DNA from: Candidatus Zipacnadia bacterium | GTDB lineage: Bacteria > Armatimonadota > Zipacnadia > Zipacnadales > Zipacnadaceae | NCBI GenBank assembly: GCA_029820565.1 | Contig: JALGUR010000003.1 | Coordinates: 3,304-67,303 of the forward strand | Direction of reading: 5' to 3' | DNA: 64,000 nucleotides | Shown here: positions 40,355-50,137 of the stretch, piece by piece | How the letters are laid out: each line of letters opens with the position of its first letter | Position numbering within the stretch: position 1 is the stretch's first letter | Translations under genes and position numbers: made by a program | Notes under the pieces: generated by a model | The model's input: the letters and a program-made list of their open reading frames with translations, nothing else | What the model was told of the DNA's origin: nothing | Databases searched by the model: none

Positions 40355-40479
40355 GTAGGGGCGAATGTTGCGCAGCAACATCCGCCCGCTGTGCCTGGAT
40401 CACTGAATGACCCTTCGGCAAGCTCATGACAGCGCGGGCGGAAGATGCAGCGTCTGCGGCGCCGCACTTTCGCCCCTAC
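40355..40479. repeat. Nested-inverted-repeat (MITE/REP-like) element
   Basis: The terminal inverted repeats are GTAGGGGCGAA (40355-40365) and TTCGCCCCTAC (40469-40479). The inner stems are TGTTGC-GCA-GCAACA (40366-40380) and CCGCCCGC...GCGGGCGG (about 40382 and 40433). The internal segment CCCTTCGGCAAGCTCATGACAG recurs at 35618-35639 as CCCTGCGGCAGGCTCAGGACAG. Confidence 0.5.
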
Positions 40480-40556
40480 GAACGGGTTGCAAGGTAAAGC
40501 GGCCCTCCAACAGTAACAAGACTGCAACCACCTCTACAAATGGACTCTGGCCCCGA

Positions 40557-42011
40557 TCAGCCCTTGACCACCGCCAGGGGCACGAGGCGGGCGACTTTGT
40601 GGGACAGGCCGGCGCGATGGCAGACTTCCACTACACGGTCCACATCTTTGTATGCCTCGGGCATCTCCTCGGCTACGGTTTTCTTGCCCGCCGCCCGGAC
40701 CAGAATGCCCTGGTCTGCCAGTTCCTGGATAACTTGGTTGCCATGCTTACGCTTGCGAGCGGCAGTTCGGCTCATCTGCCGGCCAGCGCCGTGGCAAGTA
40801 GAGCCCCAGGTTTGCTCCAAAGCGGTTTGCGTGCCCAGCAGCAGGTATGAGGCGGTGCCCATATCCCCGGGGATGAGAACCGGCTGGCCGAGGTCTTTGT
40901 ATTTCTCCTGGACCAGCGGATGGCCCGGCCCGAACGAACGTGTAGCACCCTTGCGGTGTACGCACAATCGCTTGGTTTGACCGTTGACGGGGTGCTCCTC
41001 AAACTTGGCGATATTATGGGCCACATCGCCGACCAACTCCAGGCCCAGTTTTTCCGTGCCTTGCCGCAAGACCCGCTCAAAGGCCTCGCGGATCCAGTGA
41101 GTAATCATCTGGCGGTTAACCCAGGCATAGTTGGCGGCGCAGGCCATGTGGGCGAAGTAGCGCTGGCCTTCGCGAGAGTTAACCGGAGCGCAGGCCAATT
41201 GCCTATCCGGCAGGTCAATATCATACTTCCTGACCGCCTGCTGCATCACGTCCAGGGCATCATCACAGACCTGGTGACCGAAGCCGCGGGAGCCGGTGTG
41301 GATCATCACCGTAACCTGACCGGTCTGCGTAATTCCCAGAGCCTCAGCCGCCGGCGGGTCATAGATGGCATCTACGGCCTGAATCTCAATGAAGTGATTG
41401 CCACTGCCCAAGGTGCCGAGTTGGGGGCGCGCCCGCTGGCGCGCCCGGTCGCTCAGCCCGGCAGGATCGGCGCCAATCAGACAGCCGTGGTCCTCAGTGC
41501 CCTCCCAGTCGTCAGGGACACCGTAGCCGTTGCTCACTGCCCAGCCCACTCCCTGCACCACAACCTGGTCCAGCTGCGCGTCGCTCATTCTTAACTTGCC
41601 CTTTTTCCCTACGCCGCAGGGCACATTGGAGAATATGCGGTCAATCAGGCCGGCGAGGCGAGGCTTGACCTCGTCCTGCATCAGATTAGTACGCAGCAGG
41701 CGCACCCCGCAGTTGATGTCATAGCCGACGCCGCCGGGAGAAATTACACCGTCCTCGGCGTCAAACGCCGCCACTCCGCCGATGGGAAATCCGTAGCCAT
41801 AGTGGCAATCAGGCATCGCCAGCGAACAGCCCATAATACCGGGCATACAGGCTACATTGGCTATCTGCCAGAGGGCAGGGTCGTCTTTGAGGTCGGCGAA
41901 CAGCGTCTCATCAGCGTACACGATGCCATCGCTGCGCATGCACCCGCTTTGAAGCAAGCGCCATCGGTAATCATCAATCTTTTTGATTTTTCCCTCGTAT
42001 TTTTTAGCCAT
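40557..42011 (-). CDS. rtcB: RNA-splicing ligase RtcB
   Basis: 484-aa ORF with MPDCHYGYG, GYDINCGVR, GSGNHFIE, HTGSRGFGHQ and STCHGAGR. Confidence 0.95.
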   Translation of the reverse strand: MAKKYEGKIKKIDDYRWRLLQSGCMRSDGIVYADETLFADLKDDPALWQIANVACMPGIMGCSLAMPDCHYGYGFPIGGVAAFDAEDGVISPGGVGYDINCGVRLLRTNLMQDEVKPRLAGLIDRIFSNVPCGVGKKGKLRMSDAQLDQVVVQGVGWAVSNGYGVPDDWEGTEDHGCLIGADPAGLSDRARQRARPQLGTLGSGNHFIEIQAVDAIYDPPAAEALGITQTGQVTVMIHTGSRGFGHQVCDDALDVMQQAVRKYDIDLPDRQLACAPVNSREGQRYFAHMACAANYAWVNRQMITHWIREAFERVLRQGTEKLGLELVGDVAHNIAKFEEHPVNGQTKRLCVHRKGATRSFGPGHPLVQEKYKDLGQPVLIPGDMGTASYLLLGTQTALEQTWGSTCHGAGRQMSRTAARKRKHGNQVIQELADQGILVRAAGKKTVAEEMPEAYKDVDRVVEVCHRAGLSHKVARLVPLAVVKG

Positions 42012-42052
42012 TATCTATCTCTCCTCCACGCTTCTTCTCAATGTATTGGCGG

Positions 42053-42670
42053 TTACTCGCTAAGTGGCTCACCTTGTTGCGGCGCTCGGCCCGGATGGCA
42101 CACCAGACACTGCCCGCCGGGCTCAATCAGCCAGCCACACTGCGGACAAGGCGTGTAACCGTGGGCTTCTTGCCACCGCTGGAGGCGACCAAAGTTGCGC
42201 ATAGCCTTGACAAATTTCTCGCGCACCTGCGGCTGGCGAATTTCGTCGGCCAGGGCCTGAATAGCCTGCTCCTGACCCGGAGCCAACGGCTCTGAGGCCA
42301 GTTTCGGAGGAGCTGGCGCAGGGCTATCTTCGGCGATAGAAGGGCGCGGCATACTCCGCCCGACTCGTCCGCTGCTCGCCCGTATCTCTTTAATGAAATT
42401 GCCGCCCAGACGTTTATTGAGTTTTTCACGTATCCAGTCAGAGTCAAGTTGCAACTGCTGGGCGCGCGAGGCCGAGTCACATTCCACCGTCAAAATCCCG
42501 TCGTGGGCCCGGGTGACGGTGGTGTGTTGGCGATACCACAGGCCGACCTCCTCCGCCCATACCAGCGCAGCCATCATCTGGCGACTTTTGCCCATCAGAC
42601 CCTGGCGGGATAGATATTTATCCAGAATCCGATTGAGACCAGTAATTTTTCCGTCGCGTTTATCAGGCAT
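42053..42670 (-). CDS. DUF721 (DciA-type) protein with a C-terminal zinc ribbon
   Basis: 205-aa ORF. ALVWAEEVGLWYRQHTTVTRAHDGILTVECDSASRAQQLQL is typical of DUF721. It also has CPQCG...CLVC. It sits in the classic position downstream of recF. Confidence 0.7.
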   Translation of the reverse strand: MPDKRDGKITGLNRILDKYLSRQGLMGKSRQMMAALVWAEEVGLWYRQHTTVTRAHDGILTVECDSASRAQQLQLDSDWIREKLNKRLGGNFIKEIRASSGRVGRSMPRPSIAEDSPAPAPPKLASEPLAPGQEQAIQALADEIRQPQVREKFVKAMRNFGRLQRWQEAHGYTPCPQCGWLIEPGGQCLVCHPGRAPQQGEPLSE

Positions 42671-42674
42671 GATA

Positions 42675-42758
42675 CGACAGGTCTAACGGCAGGTACAACG
42701 ACAGGTGCAACAACAGGTGTAACGGCACGTGCAACGGCAGGTACAACGGCAAGCAACA
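42675..42758. repeat. 12-bp tandem repeat, 7 units (consensus CGGCAGGTACAA)
   Basis: The units are CGACAGGTCTAA, CGGCAGGTACAA, CGACAGGTGCAA, CAACAGGTGTAA, CGGCACGTGCAA, CGGCAGGTACAA and CGGCAAGCAACA. The array is intergenic and ends 5 nt from the ATG of the DUF721 gene. Confidence 0.85.
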
Positions 42759-42826
42759 TTACGGCTACGCCAACGCCTCCGGCAACCCGGTTCCCTATTC
42801 CCAGTTCCCCGTACCCTGTATTGAGG

Positions 42827-43984
42827 CTATTGCTGGCCAATGTGGCCGTCGGCGATCTCGAACCAGGCGCTATGGTCACTTTCGCGAAGCACCTGATCAA
42901 TTCCTGCGCTGGTAATCAGCGCTTGCTCGAACTGCTCAGCCACCGCCAGCACGTGCCGGGCACGCTGTGGGTCCAGTTCAGAGAGGCAATCATCTAACAG
43001 CAGCACCGGCGACTCACCGCGACGCTGCTGCATTACCAGGGCCTCAGCCAATTTTAGACTCAGGGCGGCGGTGCGCTGCTGGCCCTGCGAGGCGAACTGG
43101 CGCGCGTCATACCCATCAACTTCTATGACCATCTCGTCGCGGTGCGGACCTACTACAGTTACGCCCCGGTGTGCCTCTTGTTCATGGTGGCGCTCCAGGG
43201 CTTCGCGAAACATTGCGGCTCTCTGTTCGGGATCTTCACCGCCCGCTAAGACACTCTCGTACCGCAGGCTCAACCGCTCACTTTGCCCACTGAGAGTAGC
43301 GTGCAGACCAGTGGCTTGTTGCTTCACAGCAGCAATGAATTGCTCGCGGTCAGTGCTAATGCGCGCCCCGACCTGGACCAGTTGGCTGGTCCACGGAGCC
43401 AGGTCCTGACCGGTAGCCTGAGCGGCTTGCATCTGCTTGAGCAGTTCATTGCGCTGGCGTAGAGCCTGCCGATATCGGAGCAAGTCATCCAGATAGCGCG
43501 GCATCAGTTGCGATATGGCGGTATTCAGGAATCGGCGCCGGACCTTCGGGCCGCCTTTGATTAACTGCAGGTCATCCGGCGAGAATAGCACTGCCGGGGC
43601 TTGCCCGACTACGTCCAGCACTGAATCGCACACTGACCCATTCAGTTCAATGCGTTTGGGGGTGGTAAGGACCGAGGGCAGCGCGGCATCGGAAGCCTGG
43701 GCCTGTTCGGCAGGGCCTTGCACCATTACCGAGATTGATGCTAAAGCGTCGCCATCACAGTAAAACTCACCTGAACTTGCCCCCCAGGTCGCTCCCCATC
43801 GCACTAATTCTCGGTCGTGGTGAGTGCGCGGCGACTTAGTAGTAGCCAAGACCAAAACTGCCTCTACGAGGCTGGTCTTGCCCGACGCATTAGGCCCGAC
43901 AAAGACATTTACTCCCGGCGGTAGGTCGAAATCTACCTGCTGGTAGCAGCGGAAGTTGCGCATTGTCAGGTGGCCTAATTGCAA
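42827..43984 (-). CDS. recF: DNA replication and repair protein RecF
   Basis: 385-aa ORF with a TTG start. It has LTMRNFRCY, the Walker A GPNASGKTSLVEA, the signature SQGQQRTAALSLKLA and the Walker B VLLLDD. Confidence 0.92.
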   Translation of the reverse strand: MQLGHLTMRNFRCYQQVDFDLPPGVNVFVGPNASGKTSLVEAVLVLATTKSPRTHHDRELVRWGATWGASSGEFYCDGDALASISVMVQGPAEQAQASDAALPSVLTTPKRIELNGSVCDSVLDVVGQAPAVLFSPDDLQLIKGGPKVRRRFLNTAISQLMPRYLDDLLRYRQALRQRNELLKQMQAAQATGQDLAPWTSQLVQVGARISTDREQFIAAVKQQATGLHATLSGQSERLSLRYESVLAGGEDPEQRAAMFREALERHHEQEAHRGVTVVGPHRDEMVIEVDGYDARQFASQGQQRTAALSLKLAEALVMQQRRGESPVLLLDDCLSELDPQRARHVLAVAEQFEQALITSAGIDQVLRESDHSAWFEIADGHIGQQ

Positions 43985-44052
43985 GGTATTGCACCTGTGT
44001 TCCCGTCAATGATAACTCACTACCAAAGGTGAGGCCAGCGATGACCAGGCGG

Positions 44053-44904
44053 CTAATCACCGCATTGCTCCCGCCACAAGAACTGAGGCTGATAGCCCAA
44101 AACTTGATAGGCCCGACGAGTGTCAAAGGGCGTGATATGCGGATTTGAGGCAAAATAGTCCGGCTCGCGAATTTCACAGTCGCTGGGTAGATACCGCCGA
44201 ATTAACTCTAAGGTGGGAATGGCGCAGAAGGTTTCTCCCGAGGTAATCAGGAGGACCTCGTGTTGGAGGTCTTCAGCAGTCAAGGCCAGTTCAACGGCCT
44301 GGGCTATGTCTCTACCGTCCACATAACTCCACAGGGCCCGGGTGAGGTCCTCGGACTGGTCTTGGTAAAGGGCAATGTCCACATAGTGCTGCGGATTCCA
44401 GACCCAGCAGTAGCGCAGACAGACTGTTTTCAGGCCGACATCGCGACTGTAGCGGGCGCAGATTTGCTCGCCAATAACTTTACTGAGGCCATAGGCATCA
44501 GTGGGGCAAGTAGGATGATCTTCATCTACCGGTAGATACTGAGGCAGAATCCGCCCGGGACTGAACACAAAGCCAAAGGTTGCATCACTGCTGGCCATAA
44601 CCACGCGGCGCGGGTCGCCACAGGCCGCCGCTTCTACTACTCGCTGGGTCCCCATCACATTGACCTGCATCACATCATCATCCGACCACCGCCGTGGCGT
44701 GGGTCGCGCAGCCAGATGGACTACCGCGTCCTGGGTGCGCATCGCATAGAGTAGGTCAGCCGAGTTGAGAATGCTCCCTACGATATAAGGATAGTTGTCC
44801 GCAGGTGGCTGGACATCAAATACCGTTATCTCGTGGTTCTCGGCCAGCCTCTGGCAGACAGCACGGCCCACATATCCGGCGCCACCGGTAATCAATATCT
44901 TCAT
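44053..44904 (-). CDS. NAD-dependent epimerase/dehydratase family protein
   Basis: 283-aa ORF with MKILITGGAGYVG and a YxxxK region (YGLSKVIGE). Confidence 0.8.
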   Translation of the reverse strand: MKILITGGAGYVGRAVCQRLAENHEITVFDVQPPADNYPYIVGSILNSADLLYAMRTQDAVVHLAARPTPRRWSDDDVMQVNVMGTQRVVEAAACGDPRRVVMASSDATFGFVFSPGRILPQYLPVDEDHPTCPTDAYGLSKVIGEQICARYSRDVGLKTVCLRYCWVWNPQHYVDIALYQDQSEDLTRALWSYVDGRDIAQAVELALTAEDLQHEVLLITSGETFCAIPTLELIRRYLPSDCEIREPDYFASNPHITPFDTRRAYQVLGYQPQFLWREQCGD

Positions 44905-45111
44905 CTCAGTGTGGCCCTCCTGGGCAACCTATTGACTACTCAACCCAACTGCTCGGGAGCAACTCCGCCATCGCACAGGCATTATCGCAGGAATATCCCG
45001 GATGCTCTAAATAGAGGTCCGTCACCCTTCTGCCATCGGGGGAGGCAAGAGGCTCTATGGTGGCCGCGATTGCTCAGAAAGTTGGCGTAGTGGCAGGCAG
45101 TATTGCTGAGG

Positions 45112-46227
45112 CTACATTATCTGCATCGGCATCAGCACGTAGGTGTAGTCGTCGCGGCCGGCCGGTTTCATCAGGCCCGGATTCAGCGGCCCAGACAGTT
45201 GCATTACGACCTCGGCAGTATCCACGGCTTCCAGCATATCCAGAAGATACCGCGCATTAAAAGCAATCTCCGCCTGGTCACCCTCCAGAGTGGCAGCGAC
45301 TAATTCCTCGGCCTCACCGACGTCCGGACTACTTGCGGTAATTTGGAGGCCCTCTTCAGTGGTGCGCAGAACCACCCGATTAGCGTCGTCCCGAGCTACA
45401 ATCAGAGCCCGGCGCAACACTTGCTCAAATCCTTCAGCACCTATAGTAACTGTCTTATCAAACTCTTCGGGAATTACCTTCTGATAGTTAGGGAACTCGC
45501 CCTCAATCAGGCGCGAAGAAACCGTAATTCCGCCTACAACGAAACGAATGAGATTCTCAGAAATCGCCACTTCTACCGGCTCGTCTGATTCACTATCTAA
45601 TATCCGCAGAACTTCACTTAGCACTCGCGCCGACACAATAGCCTGCTGGGCGCCTGCAGCGGGACAGTCACTGGACCGTAACGCCAGCCGGTAGGTATCA
45701 GTCGCTACGACTTCAATAGCGCCATCGGAAATATTGAATAGCGCACCGGTGAGTATCGGGCGGGTCTCATCAGCGGAAGCGGCGAAGATAGTCTGGTCCA
45801 GAATGGAAGCCAGTTGGCTCTGGGGCAGCGCAAACTCTACTGCTTCACTGATCTCGGGCAGCATCTGGAAGTCGCCGGCTGATAGTCCGCGAATATCATA
45901 GTGTGCCGTCTCACAGACAATGGACAGAGTGTTGTCCTCATCAGCCTCCAGACTTACTTGTCCTTCAGGCAGGCTTCCGGCGATCTCATTGAGGGTACGT
46001 GCCGGAGCAGTTACTGCGCCCTGGTCAACGACTGTCGCCGGAATGGTAGCGTCCAGGCTGATATACTCCAGGTCAGTAGCCACTAATCGAAGTGCTTCGC
46101 CCTGTGCCTCCAGGTATATATTGTTTTGTACCCGCTGAGTACTACGACCTGAGACACCCCGGGCCACTATCTGTACGACATTATATAAATCGCTTTGGGG
46201 GCATTGTAAACTGAGCATTCGGTCCAC
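45112..46227 (-). CDS. dnaN: DNA polymerase III beta sliding clamp
   Basis: 371-aa ORF of the three-domain clamp length, downstream of dnaA. It has LATDLEYISL, ATDTYRLA and YVLMPMQI. Confidence 0.95.
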   Translation of the reverse strand: MDRMLSLQCPQSDLYNVVQIVARGVSGRSTQRVQNNIYLEAQGEALRLVATDLEYISLDATIPATVVDQGAVTAPARTLNEIAGSLPEGQVSLEADEDNTLSIVCETAHYDIRGLSAGDFQMLPEISEAVEFALPQSQLASILDQTIFAASADETRPILTGALFNISDGAIEVVATDTYRLALRSSDCPAAGAQQAIVSARVLSEVLRILDSESDEPVEVAISENLIRFVVGGITVSSRLIEGEFPNYQKVIPEEFDKTVTIGAEGFEQVLRRALIVARDDANRVVLRTTEEGLQITASSPDVGEAEELVAATLEGDQAEIAFNARYLLDMLEAVDTAEVVMQLSGPLNPGLMKPAGRDDYTYVLMPMQIM

Positions 46228-46280
46228 CTTCCTTGGATTGGCAGCTGATATTTGTAATGACGAGCATGACTATGAAGTGG

Positions 46281-46505
46281 TTATCCACGGGATACTACTA
46301 AGGCTGTATTGTATAGTACACTTAGTAGTAGTAGTAGTAGTATAGTGGATACTGTGGAAAACCGCACTATGCCGTGTCTGGGCCGGTGATAATACTGGGG
46401 ATATTATAGTGCAAAACCTGCTGGAATTATCCACCATATCCCCAACTACATTATTATGCCTTATTATTCCCATATTGTCAACAGGCTGCCATGATTGTTT
46501 CCACA
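46281..46505. other. oriC segment (dnaA-dnaN intergenic DnaA-box cluster)
   Basis: The DnaA-box-like 9-mers are TTATCCACG (46281-46289), TGTGGAAAA (46353-46361), TTATCCACC (46427-46435) and GTTTCCACA (46497-46505). There is also a (TAG)6 microsatellite at 46323-46340 and an AT-rich tract at 46441-46475. Confidence 0.6.
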
Positions 46506-46535
46506 TCAACCTACCAACTGGCGGCTACGGGGTGG

Positions 46536-47918
46536 TTAGTCGGCCTGCAGTACGTTCTTCATATCATTGATTAACCACAATACGGACTCGTCGGTGGTCA
46601 ATAACTCACTAACTTTGTTATATGCGTGTAGTACTGTACTGTGGTCACGGCCACTGAAAGATTTGCCAACACTGGCCAAGGTCTCATCTGTCAGTTCACG
46701 AGCCAGGTAAATGGCTATCTGGCGCGGCCAGACAATCTCCTGGGTGCGCTTGGGGCCGCGCATATCCGCGGTATCGCAATCCATCTGGGCGGCCACGTGC
46801 TCAATGATTTGATCGACAGTCACGCGGTGCTGAGTAGTTGCCGTGGAGTAATCGGCCACTATATCCTGAACTGCCGGCATGGTCAGTTCCTCGTCGGTGA
46901 GCGAGGCATAGGCACAAATCTTGAGCAAGGCCCCTTCCAACACTCTGATATTGGACTCTATGCGCTGAGCGACGTACTCCAGTATCTCGCGGGAGAGGTC
47001 AACGCCCTCGGCCTCGGCCTTCTTTTCCAGGATGGCCACGCGAGTCTCGACATCAGGGCAGCGCAGGTCAGCGACAATGCCCATCTCCAGTCGGCTGCGC
47101 AGGCGGTCATTCATAATCTGCAGATGGCGCGGGGGAGCATCGCTGGCGATGACTACTTGCTTGTTGGTTTCACAGAGGGTATTGAAAGTGTGGAAGAACT
47201 CCTCCTCCGAAGCCGGCCCCTCAATAGCGGCAATAAACTGTATATCATCGACTAACCACACATCTACATGGCGGTATTTACGGCGGAAAGCAGCAGTGCG
47301 ATTGTCACGGATTGCGGTGATGAGTCGATTGACGAAGTCCTCGGCTGATATGTAGACCACTCGGGAGGCAGGATGCTGGTCAATGACCATATGCCCAATC
47401 GCTTGCAACAGGTGCGTTTTGCCCAGGCCGACCTTGCTGTGAATGAACAAGGGGTTGTAACTCTTCCCGGGAGATTTGGCCACCTGCTGGGCAGCGGCAT
47501 GAGCAAAACGGTTGCAGTCGGCCACGACGAAGTTCTCAAAGGCGTATTTGGGGTTCAAGGGGGTCGAGGAAAAGTCGCCTTCGTCGCTCGGCGCGGCAGC
47601 AGCCGTTGATCCAGCCAGTGCGGGCGGATGCGGGGATTGGTCGGTAGACTCGACGACCTGCATCTGGACCTGCACCGGTTCCTCCAGCAATTCGGTCAGA
47701 CAAGTACCAATTGCCGGCAGATGACGTTGCTCGAGCCAGTTCTTAGCAAACTGGCTGGCAACTCCCAGTACAAAGACCTGTCCGTCATACTGTAGCGGTA
47801 CAGCGCGACGCAAGAAACTGTCGCAAGTGGCTTGGCCCACCCGTTCGGCTAAGGCGGACAGTGCGGCGTGCCATAGGTCCTGTAAACCGACTGTAGAGGC
47901 CTGAGACATCCGGGACAC
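46536..47918 (-). CDS. dnaA: Chromosomal replication initiator DnaA
   Basis: 460-aa ORF with FENFVVADCNRFAHAAA, the Walker A GLGKTHLLQAIG, VDDIQF and the C-terminal DNA-binding motif GRDHSTVLHAYNKV. Confidence 0.97.
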   Translation of the reverse strand: MSRMSQASTVGLQDLWHAALSALAERVGQATCDSFLRRAVPLQYDGQVFVLGVASQFAKNWLEQRHLPAIGTCLTELLEEPVQVQMQVVESTDQSPHPPALAGSTAAAAPSDEGDFSSTPLNPKYAFENFVVADCNRFAHAAAQQVAKSPGKSYNPLFIHSKVGLGKTHLLQAIGHMVIDQHPASRVVYISAEDFVNRLITAIRDNRTAAFRRKYRHVDVWLVDDIQFIAAIEGPASEEEFFHTFNTLCETNKQVVIASDAPPRHLQIMNDRLRSRLEMGIVADLRCPDVETRVAILEKKAEAEGVDLSREILEYVAQRIESNIRVLEGALLKICAYASLTDEELTMPAVQDIVADYSTATTQHRVTVDQIIEHVAAQMDCDTADMRGPKRTQEIVWPRQIAIYLARELTDETLASVGKSFSGRDHSTVLHAYNKVSELLTTDESVLWLINDMKNVLQAD

Positions 47919-48163
47919 CCTTCTATTAGTGTAATGAGAGACTACGGTTGCTTAGTAGTCAGCAGGTACCAAACCATGCCCGTGTGTCGCAATGGTGATT
48001 GCCAACGAGGAGATGTGCTGCCGCCGGGCGCAGCGATGCGTTCTACGAGGTCCCGGTGGTTGCCTCAGCAGACCCGGGGGTGAAGGATGTCTCAGAGTGA
48101 ACTATGATTAGTAGAGCAACTTAGTGTCTGGTGGCGTGCGGTCCTCTTGGTTGGCACATATTG

Positions 48164-48556
48164 TTTTCCACACCAGTTTTCCACAATTGTGGAAAACACT
48201 CCCTACTGCCTTCTCCATAAGTATACCACATTCCCGGCAATAAACAAAGGGATAAATTATGTATTTTATTAAAAAAGCCTAATATTTTTGTTGCGAAACT
48301 CTGAATACCCGAATGGTTTCGTGCAATAGTAGGTTGCTCAGATTAGTTAACTGTCCACTCGTGCTACGTAAATGAATCCCAGCCTACGCCGCACTGAAAC
48401 TTGGCAAGAAGCGTACAACCACATAAATAGGATAGTTGCCGGGGATCATAGTAGGAAGTGCCGTGGTGGCCGAAAGCAGTGAGGATTGCTTGTAGGCGCA
48501 ATATATCCACAGTTTCCACAAAATCTTCCCCACAAGTTATCCACAATTGTGGATAA
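48164..48556. other. oriC segment upstream of dnaA: two palindromic DnaA-box pairs flanking an AT-rich unwinding candidate
   Basis: The left side has TTTTCCACA (48164-48172) and the palindrome TTTTCCACA-AT-TGTGGAAAA (48177-48196). An AT-rich tract lies at 48238-48292. The right side has ATATCCACA (48503-48511), GTTTCCACA (48512-48520) and the perfect consensus palindrome TTATCCACA-AT-TGTGGATAA (48537-48556). Confidence 0.7.
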
Positions 48557-48588
48557 GTTCCCAGCCTGCTCGGGGGTCAAATCTGAGA

Positions 48589-49917
48589 TTAGGTCAAGCG
48601 GCGCAGCCAGCGGCGCGGCGGCCAGCGCAGTACCCGACGCCCGGGACGGCGGGGATCATCTACCAGGGCCAACAGGGTTACGAAAGCCGCCAGTTGCATA
48701 CCTATGGCGGCGATGAGCACGACGCCAAGGCCCAATCTGTCCCCGAGGTATCCGGCCAGAATAGGCGCGCCAATCTGAGTAGGAATTGCGGCCGTGTTAA
48801 ACAAGGCTACATAAGTGCTTTTATCCTCGTGGGGGCACATTTCGACTAACATGTTTATCAAGCCGACGCCAAAGGCACTGTTGGCCAAGCCGAGGAAGAT
48901 AAAGACCGCATAGAACAGTGTTATAGTAGGGCTCACTAAAGCCGTCAGGGTGGCGCCAATCATCGCTACTATACCCCATGCGAGCACCCGGCGATAACCG
49001 CGCCGGTCGCCCAGGCGGCCCAGGACGAGGCCCCCTACTGCCGCGGCGGCCATAAGCAGTAGGGTGAATGTTCCAGCTATTTCAGCGGGTTGGGCAAACT
49101 GCTCTATGGCATATACGGGGAAGAAAATGGCTACCATTGCGCCCATCTGGTAGATATAACAGGAGAAAATGAAGCGACGCAAGCGCTGGTCGGTCTTGAT
49201 AGCGGCGAGCAAAACGGACCGATAAGAGAGTTGCCGGCTTGAGGTATCCGCTTCGGACGGTACTACTTCACGGGCCATGCGGTACAGGCCAGCGGCGATG
49301 GTCATAAAGATTCCGGCTATGATAAACAAGTGACTGAAGTTAGTAGGAAACTGGAAGCGACTCAGGATATATCGGGCGTACGCTGCTCCGAGAACGCCGA
49401 AGACGCTAGACGTGCCGATAATTATGCCCATCGCCTGGCCGCGGCGGTTATCGGGAAACAGGCGACGCAACAAGTCTCCCCACAGAGGCACTACTATTCC
49501 CAAAGCGGCTAAGCGTATGGCCATTACCGTCAGGAACGTCCACGTCATCCGGTCAGGATGGGTGAGCGACCAACGGCCGACCATGACCCCAACCGCAATA
49601 AGCAACAGGGCCACCGGGAAATGCAGGCCGGCAAATACCCCTACTTTGCGCCGCAGGCGGCGGGTCCAGCGCACTGAGGGCAATTGGAGGAAGGCAAAGG
49701 CAGCTATTTGCAGGCCGGGCAGTGCTCCGATGATCGTCTTGGTGGCCCCGAGTCTTTGCAGGTAGACCGGTTGAATGGTGCCTAACGCCATACAAGCGTA
49801 GGCCGCCAGCCAGAGGCTGTCGGCCAGGCTGCAGGCTACCACGTTGCGCCGGTAGTAGATTTCCCGGCGGTCGTCGGGTTCAGTTGGCAAGTTGCCGCCG
49901 CCCTTGGCCGTAGACAT
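48589..49917 (-). CDS. MFS transporter
   Basis: 442-aa ORF with about 12 predicted TM segments and MFS-like loop motifs (GRLGDRRGYRR). Confidence 0.8.
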   Translation of the reverse strand: MSTAKGGGNLPTEPDDRREIYYRRNVVACSLADSLWLAAYACMALGTIQPVYLQRLGATKTIIGALPGLQIAAFAFLQLPSVRWTRRLRRKVGVFAGLHFPVALLLIAVGVMVGRWSLTHPDRMTWTFLTVMAIRLAALGIVVPLWGDLLRRLFPDNRRGQAMGIIIGTSSVFGVLGAAYARYILSRFQFPTNFSHLFIIAGIFMTIAAGLYRMAREVVPSEADTSSRQLSYRSVLLAAIKTDQRLRRFIFSCYIYQMGAMVAIFFPVYAIEQFAQPAEIAGTFTLLLMAAAAVGGLVLGRLGDRRGYRRVLAWGIVAMIGATLTALVSPTITLFYAVFIFLGLANSAFGVGLINMLVEMCPHEDKSTYVALFNTAAIPTQIGAPILAGYLGDRLGLGVVLIAAIGMQLAAFVTLLALVDDPRRPGRRVLRWPPRRWLRRLT

Positions 49918-50137
49918 AGCACAACATATTCTGCCTTGCTTGTCTTTGTCCTTCTCTATGCCACTGTCTTGAATACTTCAAGATTGACTATCTCGCTGCC
50001 GATGTATTCAGTGAGGGCGAAAAGGCATATAGGTATCAGATATTGGGGGATTGCGGTGCCGAGGAGGTAAATATCGCCCGGCGGCGAATGCCGTACCAGT
50101 GCATAGAGATTTGTAGCACATCATAGGACTCACGCCA

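Noticed and set aside
40355-40479. Y-RNA-like or rtcB-associated structured ncRNA
   Set aside because: No Ro60/Rsr gene is present, and the internal motifs recur at unrelated loci (35.6 kb and 56.7 kb). This fits a dispersed repeat better than a dedicated ncRNA.
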